Assembly (NCBI GenBank): GCA_036170915.1
Contig: JAVHQC010000034.1
Coordinates: 1-64,000, forward strand
Reading direction: 5' to 3'
DNA from: Cyanobacteria bacterium auto_48_18
GTDB lineage: Bacteria > Cyanobacteriota > Vampirovibrionia > Obscuribacterales > Obscuribacteraceae
Length of the DNA stretch: 64,000 nt
The number at the start of each line of letters is the position of its first letter. The first letter of the stretch is position 1. Positions 37,200 to 46,718 of the stretch are shown in pieces. A program made the translations under genes and the position numbers. The notes beneath the pieces were generated by a model. That model worked only from the letters and a program-made list of their open reading frames with translations. It was not told the DNA's origin and ran no database searches.

Positions 37200-39536
37200 T
37201 CATGAATCAATACTCTTTAGTTTTGGCAGCGCTTTTTTTAGTTCTTCTACATCGCTTTCATTCAAAAGATCTGGAGGCAATATTAGATCAGTCAGATTCT
37301 TGAATAGCTTCAGCTCTTTCAGGCAGGTTCTATCTAGGTTTAACGCGGTGCGGATGGTTAAATGGGTGAGATTTTTTAGGGCTGATAATTGGTGCAAATC
37401 ATCGCTGTCGAGAGGAACACTACGGAAACTCAAACTTCTCAAATTTTCCCATTTTGATATGGTTGCAATGTCGGCTTTTGGCAGTTTCATATAACCAAGC
37501 CCCAATACGATTAAATCATGATTATTGCTCAGCTTGTCTAAAATTGGAGTGATGTTGCCCACGTGCCTCAAACTTATGGCCTCTATGCGTCTTATGGTTT
37601 GGCTTTCTGCTAAAGGAACAATTGCACTCTGGAGCGGATCTATTTTAAGACTGCGCAAATGCACAAGCTCGTCTAAATATTTGACACTATCAGCTGTAAA
37701 TTCTGTGTCGGTCATTTCCAGGGTTATAAGCGATTTCAGTCTGGCGACGTAGGGCATTATGGTATCGCTATTGGGCTCTACAGTTGGCAGCTCCAGGTGT
37801 GTGAGATCGTTTGGTGCAAAATAAGAAAGCAGTTGAGGATGCCCTGAGACATTGGCGTTGGCATATAGATTGAGCTCTTGATTGGCTGATAGATTTACTT
37901 GCCCTGTGGCCTGTATTCCGTTAATTGTGCCAAGAGAAAAGGCTATGGGGAAATAGAATATTTTGTTCAGTTTTTCGTCTGTACGCAATTTGGCTGCATA
38001 ATTTTGAGGATGGCTGGCGAGAAATTTCTTTATCTCAGTAGCTTCTGGCCCGTCTATTTCTGAGAAAATCGATAGAGATTTGTTCCCGATGTCCTTCAAA
38101 ACCCCAGATCGCTCTTGTGTATAGGGCGTGTGTATTTTAGGAGCTGAAGGTGCAGGCCCTCGGTTCAAGCTGAACCAGAAAATGCCTGCGGACGCCGAGC
38201 TCATTAGCACCACAAATAGACCGACTAAAACTACAGGAAAATTCGTAGCTTCATTTTTGGCGTCATGGAGATCTTCTTTTGTCACTATGGGTGGTGCCAT
38301 TACTGCCTTGTCGTCTCTTGCCCGCTCAAGGTCAAGAGCCAGTTCTTTAGCCGACTGGTAGCGGTCGCGCGGTAATTTTGCCAGACATTTAGCAATAATC
38401 TGCTCAAAGGAAGGTAAATCAAGATCGCTAACATCTAAAAGTAGGGGCGGCTCCTTTTCTTGATGCATCAGTCCAGTATCAACAGACGACTTACCGTCAA
38501 AAGGCACACAGCCGGTGAGCGTCTCAAACATAGAGCAACCCACCGAATAGATGTCCGACCGCAAGTCAACAGTGCTGCCCATGCACTGTTCGGGGCTCAT
38601 ATAGTATGGGCTGCCAAAAATCTCTCCGGCGGCAGTCAGCTGTTGATTGTCGTGGGTAAGCTTCGAGATGCCGAAATCAAGAATTTTTACTTGCTCATTA
38701 TCGCTGCCGGCTTTCGCGCAAAGGAAAATATTGGCGGGTTTAATGTCACGGTGTACGATACCGTTGCGATGCGCGTAGGCCAGTCCATCAAGCACTTGCA
38801 GGAATATATCAATGGTGTGCTCTGGTGATAGTGGGCCTTCTCTCACTAGCCGATCTTCTAAATTTTCACCCTGCAAATAGTCCATTGAGTAATAAAAAAT
38901 AGAATTCTGGTGAATGCCCAGATCATATACATTGACTAAATTTGGATGTTTAAGGGCCGCCAGGGTTTTTGCTTCAGATTGAAAACGTAGCCAATAGGTG
39001 TCGCTCACTAAATTAGGAGCGAGAATTTTCAAAGCGAATTTGCGATGCAAAGCCAGGTGCTCTGCCAGGTAGACAACCCCCATACCGCCTTCACCAATTA
39101 GAGACTCAATTTTAAACGTGCCACCAATAACAGTGCCAATGCCTATAGCTTCGGCGCTGCCTGAATTTTCTAGTTGCTCTCTGACATTGTGGGCTAATTT
39201 TCGCCTGATTGTGTTTCTGGCGCTTGTGGTGCTGTGAGAGTTTTTGCCTCTGTGCGACTGAGCAAACTTTGGCGAAGTGCATTGGCAGCGCAATTCTTTA
39301 AAAAGAAAAGCTGTGAAAGATCCGGCTTTGCGATCTCGCGGCCGCGACTTGCCACATTTGAGGCAAATTTGGTTATTTTCTGCCAGGCCCGATTGACGGT
39401 TTCTATTGGGCGCATCTTTGACGTTATTATTGCACTGACAAAAGTTGTGTTGAAAAAAATAGCCTGTTATAGACCCGGCCCTACCGGTCGCCGGAGGCTT
39501 ACCGCAGCTTTGACAAAGTGTAGGCTGGTCGTTCAT
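37200..39536 (-). CDS. K8: receptor-like Ser/Thr kinase with LRR ectodomain
   Basis: Same architecture; motifs intact. Confidence 0.93.
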   Translation of the reverse strand: MNDQPTLCQSCGKPPATGRAGSITGYFFQHNFCQCNNNVKDAPNRNRQSGLAENNQICLKCGKSRPRDRKAGSFTAFLFKELRCQCTSPKFAQSHRGKNSHSTTSARNTIRRKLAHNVREQLENSGSAEAIGIGTVIGGTFKIESLIGEGGMGVVYLAEHLALHRKFALKILAPNLVSDTYWLRFQSEAKTLAALKHPNLVNVYDLGIHQNSIFYYSMDYLQGENLEDRLVREGPLSPEHTIDIFLQVLDGLAYAHRNGIVHRDIKPANIFLCAKAGSDNEQVKILDFGISKLTHDNQQLTAAGEIFGSPYYMSPEQCMGSTVDLRSDIYSVGCSMFETLTGCVPFDGKSSVDTGLMHQEKEPPLLLDVSDLDLPSFEQIIAKCLAKLPRDRYQSAKELALDLERARDDKAVMAPPIVTKEDLHDAKNEATNFPVVLVGLFVVLMSSASAGIFWFSLNRGPAPSAPKIHTPYTQERSGVLKDIGNKSLSIFSEIDGPEATEIKKFLASHPQNYAAKLRTDEKLNKIFYFPIAFSLGTINGIQATGQVNLSANQELNLYANANVSGHPQLLSYFAPNDLTHLELPTVEPNSDTIMPYVARLKSLITLEMTDTEFTADSVKYLDELVHLRSLKIDPLQSAIVPLAESQTIRRIEAISLRHVGNITPILDKLSNNHDLIVLGLGYMKLPKADIATISKWENLRSLSFRSVPLDSDDLHQLSALKNLTHLTIRTALNLDRTCLKELKLFKNLTDLILPPDLLNESDVEELKKALPKLKSIDS

Positions 39537-39566
39537 GGGCGGAAGGCTATTTTCCTTTTGTCATGC

Positions 39567-41933
39567 CTAGTCTATCCTTTTTAAACGCGGGAGTGCGCCA
39601 TAAAGTTCTTTTTCATACGCATCTTCTACAAGCTGATCTGGCAACACCAGCCTTTGCAATTTGGAGAATTTTTTGATGCTTACAAGGCAGCCGGCATCAA
39701 GGTTTGTATTGCGAGCTATGTTTAACAGGTCCAGGTCTTTTAGGGTCGTCAATTTTTCCAGATCGTCATTGGTGATCAGCGTGCTTGTTATGCTCAGCTT
39801 TTTCAAGTTGTGCATCCCGGCTAGCTTGACAATGTCTGCTCGGTTGAACTGACAACCTTGAAGCGAAAGCTCGATTAAATCGGGGCATTTAGCCAATTTG
39901 TCCAATATAGGTGAAATGCTCTGGTTGCTGTTAATTTCCAGCCTCTGCAGCTGTTGCCAAATTTTTGATTTGGCGATGGCCTCAGGGTCCATGGTCCAGG
40001 CGATGATCATGAGCCTTCTTAAACTCTGCATACGATCCAGGTAGACCACGTCATCAGGTAGAAAAATCATTTCGCTGATGCGCAGATGGGTCAGAGAAGT
40101 AAATTTAGCTAGACGGGGCAAGAAGTCGCTGGATTTCTTACCCGCAGCTCGAAGTTCAATGCTTATCAGATCATCGTTTTGAAAATAATCAAGCAATTGT
40201 GGATGTTCGCCCACGCTAATGCTGGCCATTAACGCCACTGACTTTTCTGGTGGAATTATGCATTTACCTAGAGCAGGTGTTTCAGGAGTACCTGATGGAT
40301 AAAAAGTTAAAGCACCAAGTGAAAAGTCACGAGGAAAGTAGAAGGCGCGCTCTATCTTGCCATTGACGATGCTCTCTTTTTTATAATTTGCTGGTTTACT
40401 TTGCAGGAAAGCTTCTACTTTGGCGCTGTCCGGATCGCTATCGATGTCTTTTTCGGTATTTTCCAGCGCTTTGGCATTGAGAACTGCTGCGTCATCTAAA
40501 TCTTTGCCAAGAGAATTTGACCCTTTTAGGGGTGTAGCTATTTCGCTTGTGGTATTGATAAATATAAAATAGGCAATACCAGCTGCCAGAGCTACCGATA
40601 TGGTTGAAATTGTAATTAATGCAACCGGAATCGAGTTTTTCACTAGCTTTTCAGCGCCGCCGCTGTCGTCTTCAAGCCTTGCAGTTGAGGGCAAAGCGGC
40701 AATGCTTTTACCGGCTTTGATGCGTTGGAGATCCAGAGCCAGTTCTCTTGCTGATTGATAGCGGTCGGCGGGCAATTTAGCCAGGCATTTATCAATGACA
40801 ATTTCAATTGCTTCTGGAATTTGCTTTTTGCTTACTTGCGAAATCAGTGGTGGCAATTCTTCTTCATGAAGCAAGCCAATTTCAAGGGCAGACCCACCAT
40901 CAAAAGGCACATAGCCACTGAGAGTTTCGAACATAGAACAGCCTACAGAATAAATATCAGATCGCGCGTCCACCGCTTTACCCGTGCATTGCTCGGGGCT
41001 CATGTAGTATGGGCTACCAAATACTTCACCGGCGGCGGTGAGAGTTTGAGCTTCACTGCCAACGGTAACTGATTTGGAAATGCCAAAATCTAGAATCTTT
41101 ACCTCGAGTGCGCTGGCGTTGTTTGAGCAAATGAAAATATTTGCTGGTTTAATATCCCGGTGAATAATGCCATGCCTATGGGCATAGGAGAGGCCATCGA
41201 GTACCAGGAGGAATATGTCAATTGTATAACTCAGGCTTTGGGCGCCCTCTTCTGCCAATATTTCCTCGAGATTACTTCCTTGAAGATAATCCATCGAATA
41301 GTAAAAAACAGATTTTTCGTGAATGCCCAGATCGTAAACATTTACCAGGCTCGAATGGTTTAGCGCAGCAAGCGTCTTAGCTTCAGATTGAAAACGTAGC
41401 CAGTATTGCTCACTAAGGCCTGGCGAAAGTATTTTCAAGGCAAATTTTTGCTGCATGGCCAGGTGCTGGGCCAGATATACAACCCCCATGCCACCTTCGC
41501 CTATGATCTTTTCGATTTTGAAAGTGCCACCAATGACAGTGCCGGGCCCAATGGCTGTTTGTGTACCAGCATTTTCTAGCTGGGCCGCAACGCTTCTGGC
41601 CAGGCGTCGGCGTTTAGTGTAACGTTCTGAAGAACTGGTGCTGCTAAATTTTCTATTCTGGGATGTGGTGGCAAATCGTGGTGTCACGCAGTGGCAGCGG
41701 AGCTCTTTAAAGAGAAAGGCTGTAAAAGAGCCGGCTTTTCTCTCATGGGGCCGTGACTTGCTGCAATTGAGGCAGACTTGCTGGCGACCACCTAAATTAG
41801 AAGTTTGCTTTAAGTCAGAGTGCTCATTCTTTTCATGGCATCGGCAATAATTATGCTGAAAAAAGTATGACGTAATTGAACCGGCTCTGCTGCTTGGTTC
41901 TGGTTTACCGCAATTTGGACAATTGTTAGGCAT
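39567..41933 (-). CDS. K9: receptor-like Ser/Thr kinase with LRR ectodomain
   Basis: Same architecture; motifs intact. Confidence 0.93.
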   Translation of the reverse strand: MPNNCPNCGKPEPSSRAGSITSYFFQHNYCRCHEKNEHSDLKQTSNLGGRQQVCLNCSKSRPHERKAGSFTAFLFKELRCHCVTPRFATTSQNRKFSSTSSSERYTKRRRLARSVAAQLENAGTQTAIGPGTVIGGTFKIEKIIGEGGMGVVYLAQHLAMQQKFALKILSPGLSEQYWLRFQSEAKTLAALNHSSLVNVYDLGIHEKSVFYYSMDYLQGSNLEEILAEEGAQSLSYTIDIFLLVLDGLSYAHRHGIIHRDIKPANIFICSNNASALEVKILDFGISKSVTVGSEAQTLTAAGEVFGSPYYMSPEQCTGKAVDARSDIYSVGCSMFETLSGYVPFDGGSALEIGLLHEEELPPLISQVSKKQIPEAIEIVIDKCLAKLPADRYQSARELALDLQRIKAGKSIAALPSTARLEDDSGGAEKLVKNSIPVALITISTISVALAAGIAYFIFINTTSEIATPLKGSNSLGKDLDDAAVLNAKALENTEKDIDSDPDSAKVEAFLQSKPANYKKESIVNGKIERAFYFPRDFSLGALTFYPSGTPETPALGKCIIPPEKSVALMASISVGEHPQLLDYFQNDDLISIELRAAGKKSSDFLPRLAKFTSLTHLRISEMIFLPDDVVYLDRMQSLRRLMIIAWTMDPEAIAKSKIWQQLQRLEINSNQSISPILDKLAKCPDLIELSLQGCQFNRADIVKLAGMHNLKKLSITSTLITNDDLEKLTTLKDLDLLNIARNTNLDAGCLVSIKKFSKLQRLVLPDQLVEDAYEKELYGALPRLKRID

Positions 41934-41940
41934 AATGGTT

Positions 41941-44289
41941 CTACAAAATCACCATCACTAATTTTGGCATAGTTCTTTGCAGTTCTTGATCATCGCTGGG
42001 TTCTAGAATGTCTCCGGCGATCACAAGCGTTTTCAGATGGTCAAACTTTTTTATAGAGTGCACGCATGCCCTGGTCAATTTGGTTGCCTGGCCAAGATTC
42101 AAATATGTTAGTTGTTTCGCACCAGTCAGCTGTTCTAAGTTTGCATCGGTAAGAAGTATATTCGTCAGTGTTAGTTTTGTCAGATTTTTTACGCTGCAAA
42201 TAGAATCAATATCCTCTGAGGCTAGTGTGGTATCGCGCAAACCTAAACTCCAGAGCACTTCGCTATTTTTCAGTGCTCTCAATATGGGTGAGACGTTTTT
42301 CGTATGCGCCAGAGTAAGCATTTGTAATTGAAGCAAGATAGATGAGTTTGCCATTGGCTCAACTGCTTCTGGCAAAAGTTCTACGTCTAATATGCGTAAT
42401 TTTTTTAAGCTACTCAAAATTTCGATGTTTTTTTTATCCAGTGGTACATAGAGTAATTCTAGATCGGTCAGGCTACCAAGCTTTGCAATATATGGCACAA
42501 CGTCAGGCTTTTGGCCGCTCACAGCACCAAATCTGAGTGTGGTTAGGTCGTCAGCCTTAAAGTATTGCAGCAACTCTGGTCTAGTGATGGTGGCCTGACC
42601 GGCAGTGAACATTGCAGGCGCGTCAGCCGGAATGATTATTTCGCCTGATGCTGGTCGAGTATCACCATAGTCAAACTCACCGAGAGAGAATGTTTTTGGG
42701 AACGAAAATTTCTTTTTCTTTTCTCCATTGACAGTAATGACAGAAGAATAGTCTGACGGTTTGCTGAGCAAGTAATCTTTAATTAGACTTGAGTTCGTTT
42801 CTTCGCCGCCCTTACCTAGAAAGTCTAAAGAAGCAGAGTCAAGGTTGTCCCTCATGGGCAAATCGGCTACATCTTTTGAAAACTTGTGCTCGGCTACGGC
42901 TTTAGAATGACTATTGGTAAAAGTATTCCAGACAAAAAGCAAAGCGGTCACCGTGCAAGCGCTCACTGCCACCATTGCTAAAATTGGCACAAGCGCCGGT
43001 CTGGCCCCCACTGGTTCACCGGTGTGGGCAACCGCTTCACTGGCAGAGCGTCTCGCGTGGGCAATGTCTTTGCCTTCCTTGATGCGCTCTAAATCAAGAG
43101 CCAACTCTTTAGCCGATTGATAGCGGTCATGGGGAAGTTTGGCCAGGCATTTATCAATTACATAATCGATTGACTGCGGCAGTGGAGTTTGAGTTTTTGT
43201 CACTGCTGATAGTATTGGTGGCAGATTTTCTTGATGCATGAGAGCGATTTCAAAAGCTGTTTTCGCTTCGAAAGGCACAAAGCCGCTTAGTGTTTCAAAC
43301 ATGGTGCAGCCAACGGCATAAATGTCTGAGCGCGCATCTACCGCCTCTCCGTTACATTGCTCAGGGCTCATATAATAAGGACTGCCGAAAATTTCGCCCA
43401 CAGCGGTGAGCTGCTGAATTTCATCTGCTTTAGTCAATTTAGAGATGCCAAAGTCAAGAATTTTTATTTCGTTGTCATCACAGAGAAAAATATTGGCCGG
43501 CTTGATATCGCGGTGAATGATACCGTTGCGATGTGCGTAGGCCAGACCTTCGAGTACTGCTAGAAAAATTTCAATAGTTCGATTCAGGCTTAATGCGCCT
43601 TCCCGGGTTAGGACGTCTTCGAGATTTTCACCCTCGAGAAAATCCATAGAGTAATAGAACACTGATTCTGCGTGAATGCCAAGATCATAAACTTTAACCA
43701 GATTTGCATGACTGAGTGCAGACAATATTTTGGCCTCGCTTTGAAAGCGTAACCAGAGTTTTTCACTGGTCAACCCTGCTCTCAGCACTTTAAGCGCTAC
43801 CACCCGCTGCAGCGCTATGTGCGTGGCCAGATATACCACTCCCATACCACCTTCACCAATAACAGAATTGACTTTGAAAGTGCCACCAATTATAGTGCCG
43901 GGCGAAATTTCGGCCAGGCTTTGCTCGTGGACGAGTTTAGAGAGTATGTCTTTTGCCTGGCTGCGTTTTTGTTCGATTCTTTCTCGCGTACCTGTACGAC
44001 TGAAGTTGTCAGTTGAAATTGCAAATTTTGGATGGGCGCATTGACAGCGCAGTTCTTTAAAGAGGAAACCTGTAAATGAGCCTGCTTTTTGCTCAAGTGG
44101 CCTCGATTTGCCACAATTGACGCAGATCTGATTGATGGCCGTTGTGCCACCAGCTTTATTCTTTCGGTCACCACTATTTTCTTGCTCAATTTTGCATCGG
44201 CAATAATTATGCTGAAAAAAGTATGACGTGATTGAACCGGCCCTGATGCTTGGTTCTGGTTTACCGCAAGTTTTGCAAATCACGTCCAT
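41941..44289 (-). CDS. K10: receptor-like Ser/Thr kinase with LRR ectodomain
   Basis: Same architecture; motifs intact. Confidence 0.93.
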   Translation of the reverse strand: MDVICKTCGKPEPSIRAGSITSYFFQHNYCRCKIEQENSGDRKNKAGGTTAINQICVNCGKSRPLEQKAGSFTGFLFKELRCQCAHPKFAISTDNFSRTGTRERIEQKRSQAKDILSKLVHEQSLAEISPGTIIGGTFKVNSVIGEGGMGVVYLATHIALQRVVALKVLRAGLTSEKLWLRFQSEAKILSALSHANLVKVYDLGIHAESVFYYSMDFLEGENLEDVLTREGALSLNRTIEIFLAVLEGLAYAHRNGIIHRDIKPANIFLCDDNEIKILDFGISKLTKADEIQQLTAVGEIFGSPYYMSPEQCNGEAVDARSDIYAVGCTMFETLSGFVPFEAKTAFEIALMHQENLPPILSAVTKTQTPLPQSIDYVIDKCLAKLPHDRYQSAKELALDLERIKEGKDIAHARRSASEAVAHTGEPVGARPALVPILAMVAVSACTVTALLFVWNTFTNSHSKAVAEHKFSKDVADLPMRDNLDSASLDFLGKGGEETNSSLIKDYLLSKPSDYSSVITVNGEKKKKFSFPKTFSLGEFDYGDTRPASGEIIIPADAPAMFTAGQATITRPELLQYFKADDLTTLRFGAVSGQKPDVVPYIAKLGSLTDLELLYVPLDKKNIEILSSLKKLRILDVELLPEAVEPMANSSILLQLQMLTLAHTKNVSPILRALKNSEVLWSLGLRDTTLASEDIDSICSVKNLTKLTLTNILLTDANLEQLTGAKQLTYLNLGQATKLTRACVHSIKKFDHLKTLVIAGDILEPSDDQELQRTMPKLVMVIL

Positions 44290-44293
44290 ATGG

Positions 44294-46627
44294 TCACTTT
44301 AACATTTCGACTAATGAATTAGAGGCGCCTTCTGTCAGGCGTTTGAGTTTGGGCAGCGCCTTTCTCAGACGCGCGCGCTCCGCTGCTGTTAAATTGTTCG
44401 ATATTTCAAGCGCTTCCAGGTTCTTGAATTTTTCTAACTCTTTAATGCAGTCAGCATCAAGAGGAAAACCAGCATCAAATTTCAAATTGGTGATTGATGC
44501 CTTGGACAACTGCGAAAGCTCGGTAGCGGAAAAGGCCATGTCTTTGCACGTGAGAGTGACAAGACTTTTTAGTGCCACCAGATGTTCTATATCTTCGCTG
44601 GTCAGTTCGGTGCCAACGAGATCTAGCTCGCGCAAATGGCTATGCGCCGCCAGCGCTCGCAAGAGAGGAGTAATTGACGGGGTGCCTTTGAGGCGCAATG
44701 TACGCCATTGCGGCAAGCTCTTGCAAGTTGCCAGTGCCTCATAATCATTACCACCGGTCAAATGCAGCGATTGCAACTTAGGCAGGTTATTTAGCCTGGC
44801 CACGTCGTCTCTATCTAGCCCTTCGCCTTGTAAGCCGATATACTTCAGGCTGGTCAATTTTTCAATATACGGTAAGAGCAATTTATTATTTGCCCTGACG
44901 CTCGAAAATCCGATACCCTCAAGGTCATCTTTTTTAAAAAACTTTAGCAGCTGCGGATGATCCGCCACTGTTTGACCGCAATAGAGATTGACCACAAGAC
45001 CTTGCGGTATTTTGCAGACACCTTTGGCCGGCATTGACACCGACTGGCCGGGTGGAAAATAGGTCAACGTGCCTAGAGAATAATTGAGGGGGAAAGAAAA
45101 GATTTTAAGATGCTTGCCGTTCTCCTCGACCATCTTGCTGTAGGCCTCGGGCGGCATGTGAATATCTTCGGCAGGCAAAATCTTTTCATCAGGAACGACT
45201 GACTGTAAGCGATCTAACTCTCGCTTCGATTGCTCAAATTTAGGATTTTTCGTTGCCTGTTTTACCGGGCTTGGGTTGAAATAAGTAAACCAGATTGTTA
45301 GTGCCACCAGGCTCAGTATCAGTACTGCTGCTAGTGCTCCTAATACTATGGTGCTGCGACTTACATCTGCTTCACTGGCGACTGCAGGCCTCGCTGACGC
45401 CAGTGGGGCGCTCAGTTCTTTACCCTCTTTAATTCGTTCAAGATCAAGGGCCAGTTCTTTAGCTGATTGATAGCGATTGCGTGGCAGCTTGGCCATGCAC
45501 TTTTCTATTAGTTGATCGATTGAATCAGGCAGTGCAATATCAGTCAAATCAGACAGTAGTGGTGGCTGGTTTTCTTGATGCATCAAGCCGATTTCAACCG
45601 CTGATTCTGCTTCAAAGGGAACAAATCCTGAAAGTGTTTCAAAAATGGCGCAACCCACTGCATAAATGTCTGAGCGCGCGTCCACTGACGTACCCATGCA
45701 TTGTTCGGGGCTCATATAAAAGGGGCTGCCAAAAACTTCGCCGGCTGCTGTTAGTTGCTGTGCCTGATCATCACGGCTGACCAGTTTGGCTATGCCGAAA
45801 TCGAGAATTTTCACTTCTGCTGCAAGAGCATTGGTGGCACTACTACATATGAAAATATTTGCGGGTTTGATATCGCGGTGAATAATGCCATTGCGATGAG
45901 CATAAGCGAGGCCTTCAAGCACACTGATGAAAATGTCTATGGTGCGCTCAAGAGTTTGAGGGCCGTCTTTGGCTAACAAATCTTCGAGCGTCTGCCCTTG
46001 AAGGTAGTCCATAGAGTAGTAAATAACCGAATTTTCATGGATGCCCAGGTCATAAACATTGACCAGATTCTGATGCTTCAGATTTGCAAGGGTCTTTGCC
46101 TCGCTTTGAAAACGCTTCCAAAAATGCTCACTAACCAGGCTTGGTGCCAGAACCTTGAGCGCGAACTTTTGTGGAAGAGTGCGATGTTGTGCCAGGTAAA
46201 CCGTACCCATGCCACCCACGCCAATAATCGATTCGATTTTAAAGGTGCCACCAATAATAGTGCCTGGGTTAAGTGGTTTTGCCTCGGCACGACTAAATTC
46301 AAGCTTGTCACCCATTCTGTCTGCGGTTCGTGTGCGGCCCAGAAGGTTTTTTTGATTAACGGCAAATTTGGGTCTGCTGCACTGGCAGCGCAGTTCTTTA
46401 AATAGAAATGAAGTGAATGACCCCACCTTTTTATCTTTTGGGCTCGACTTACCGCAATTAAGGCAAATTTGACTGTCTTGCGGGGTCGCCGAGCCGCGGG
46501 TGAGCCGCAAGCCGCGCTGCTTGTTCTTCTCACACTGGCAGTAGTTATGTTCAAAGAAATAAGCGGTAATGGAGCCGGCCCTGGTGGTCGACCTCGATTT
46601 GCCGCAACTTTGACAGAGGGTAGTCAT
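44294..46627 (-). CDS. K11: receptor-like Ser/Thr kinase with LRR ectodomain
   Basis: Same architecture; motifs intact. Confidence 0.93.
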   Translation of the reverse strand: MTTLCQSCGKSRSTTRAGSITAYFFEHNYCQCEKNKQRGLRLTRGSATPQDSQICLNCGKSSPKDKKVGSFTSFLFKELRCQCSRPKFAVNQKNLLGRTRTADRMGDKLEFSRAEAKPLNPGTIIGGTFKIESIIGVGGMGTVYLAQHRTLPQKFALKVLAPSLVSEHFWKRFQSEAKTLANLKHQNLVNVYDLGIHENSVIYYSMDYLQGQTLEDLLAKDGPQTLERTIDIFISVLEGLAYAHRNGIIHRDIKPANIFICSSATNALAAEVKILDFGIAKLVSRDDQAQQLTAAGEVFGSPFYMSPEQCMGTSVDARSDIYAVGCAIFETLSGFVPFEAESAVEIGLMHQENQPPLLSDLTDIALPDSIDQLIEKCMAKLPRNRYQSAKELALDLERIKEGKELSAPLASARPAVASEADVSRSTIVLGALAAVLILSLVALTIWFTYFNPSPVKQATKNPKFEQSKRELDRLQSVVPDEKILPAEDIHMPPEAYSKMVEENGKHLKIFSFPLNYSLGTLTYFPPGQSVSMPAKGVCKIPQGLVVNLYCGQTVADHPQLLKFFKKDDLEGIGFSSVRANNKLLLPYIEKLTSLKYIGLQGEGLDRDDVARLNNLPKLQSLHLTGGNDYEALATCKSLPQWRTLRLKGTPSITPLLRALAAHSHLRELDLVGTELTSEDIEHLVALKSLVTLTCKDMAFSATELSQLSKASITNLKFDAGFPLDADCIKELEKFKNLEALEISNNLTAAERARLRKALPKLKRLTEGASNSLVEMLK

Positions 46628-46718
46628 TAAGGGCCCTGGAACAACGGCCTCTAAGTATATCTTGTCTAGTGACTAATCTAGAGATAGCTGCGGCCAGCCT
46701 GCCGAGATGTCATTTCGG

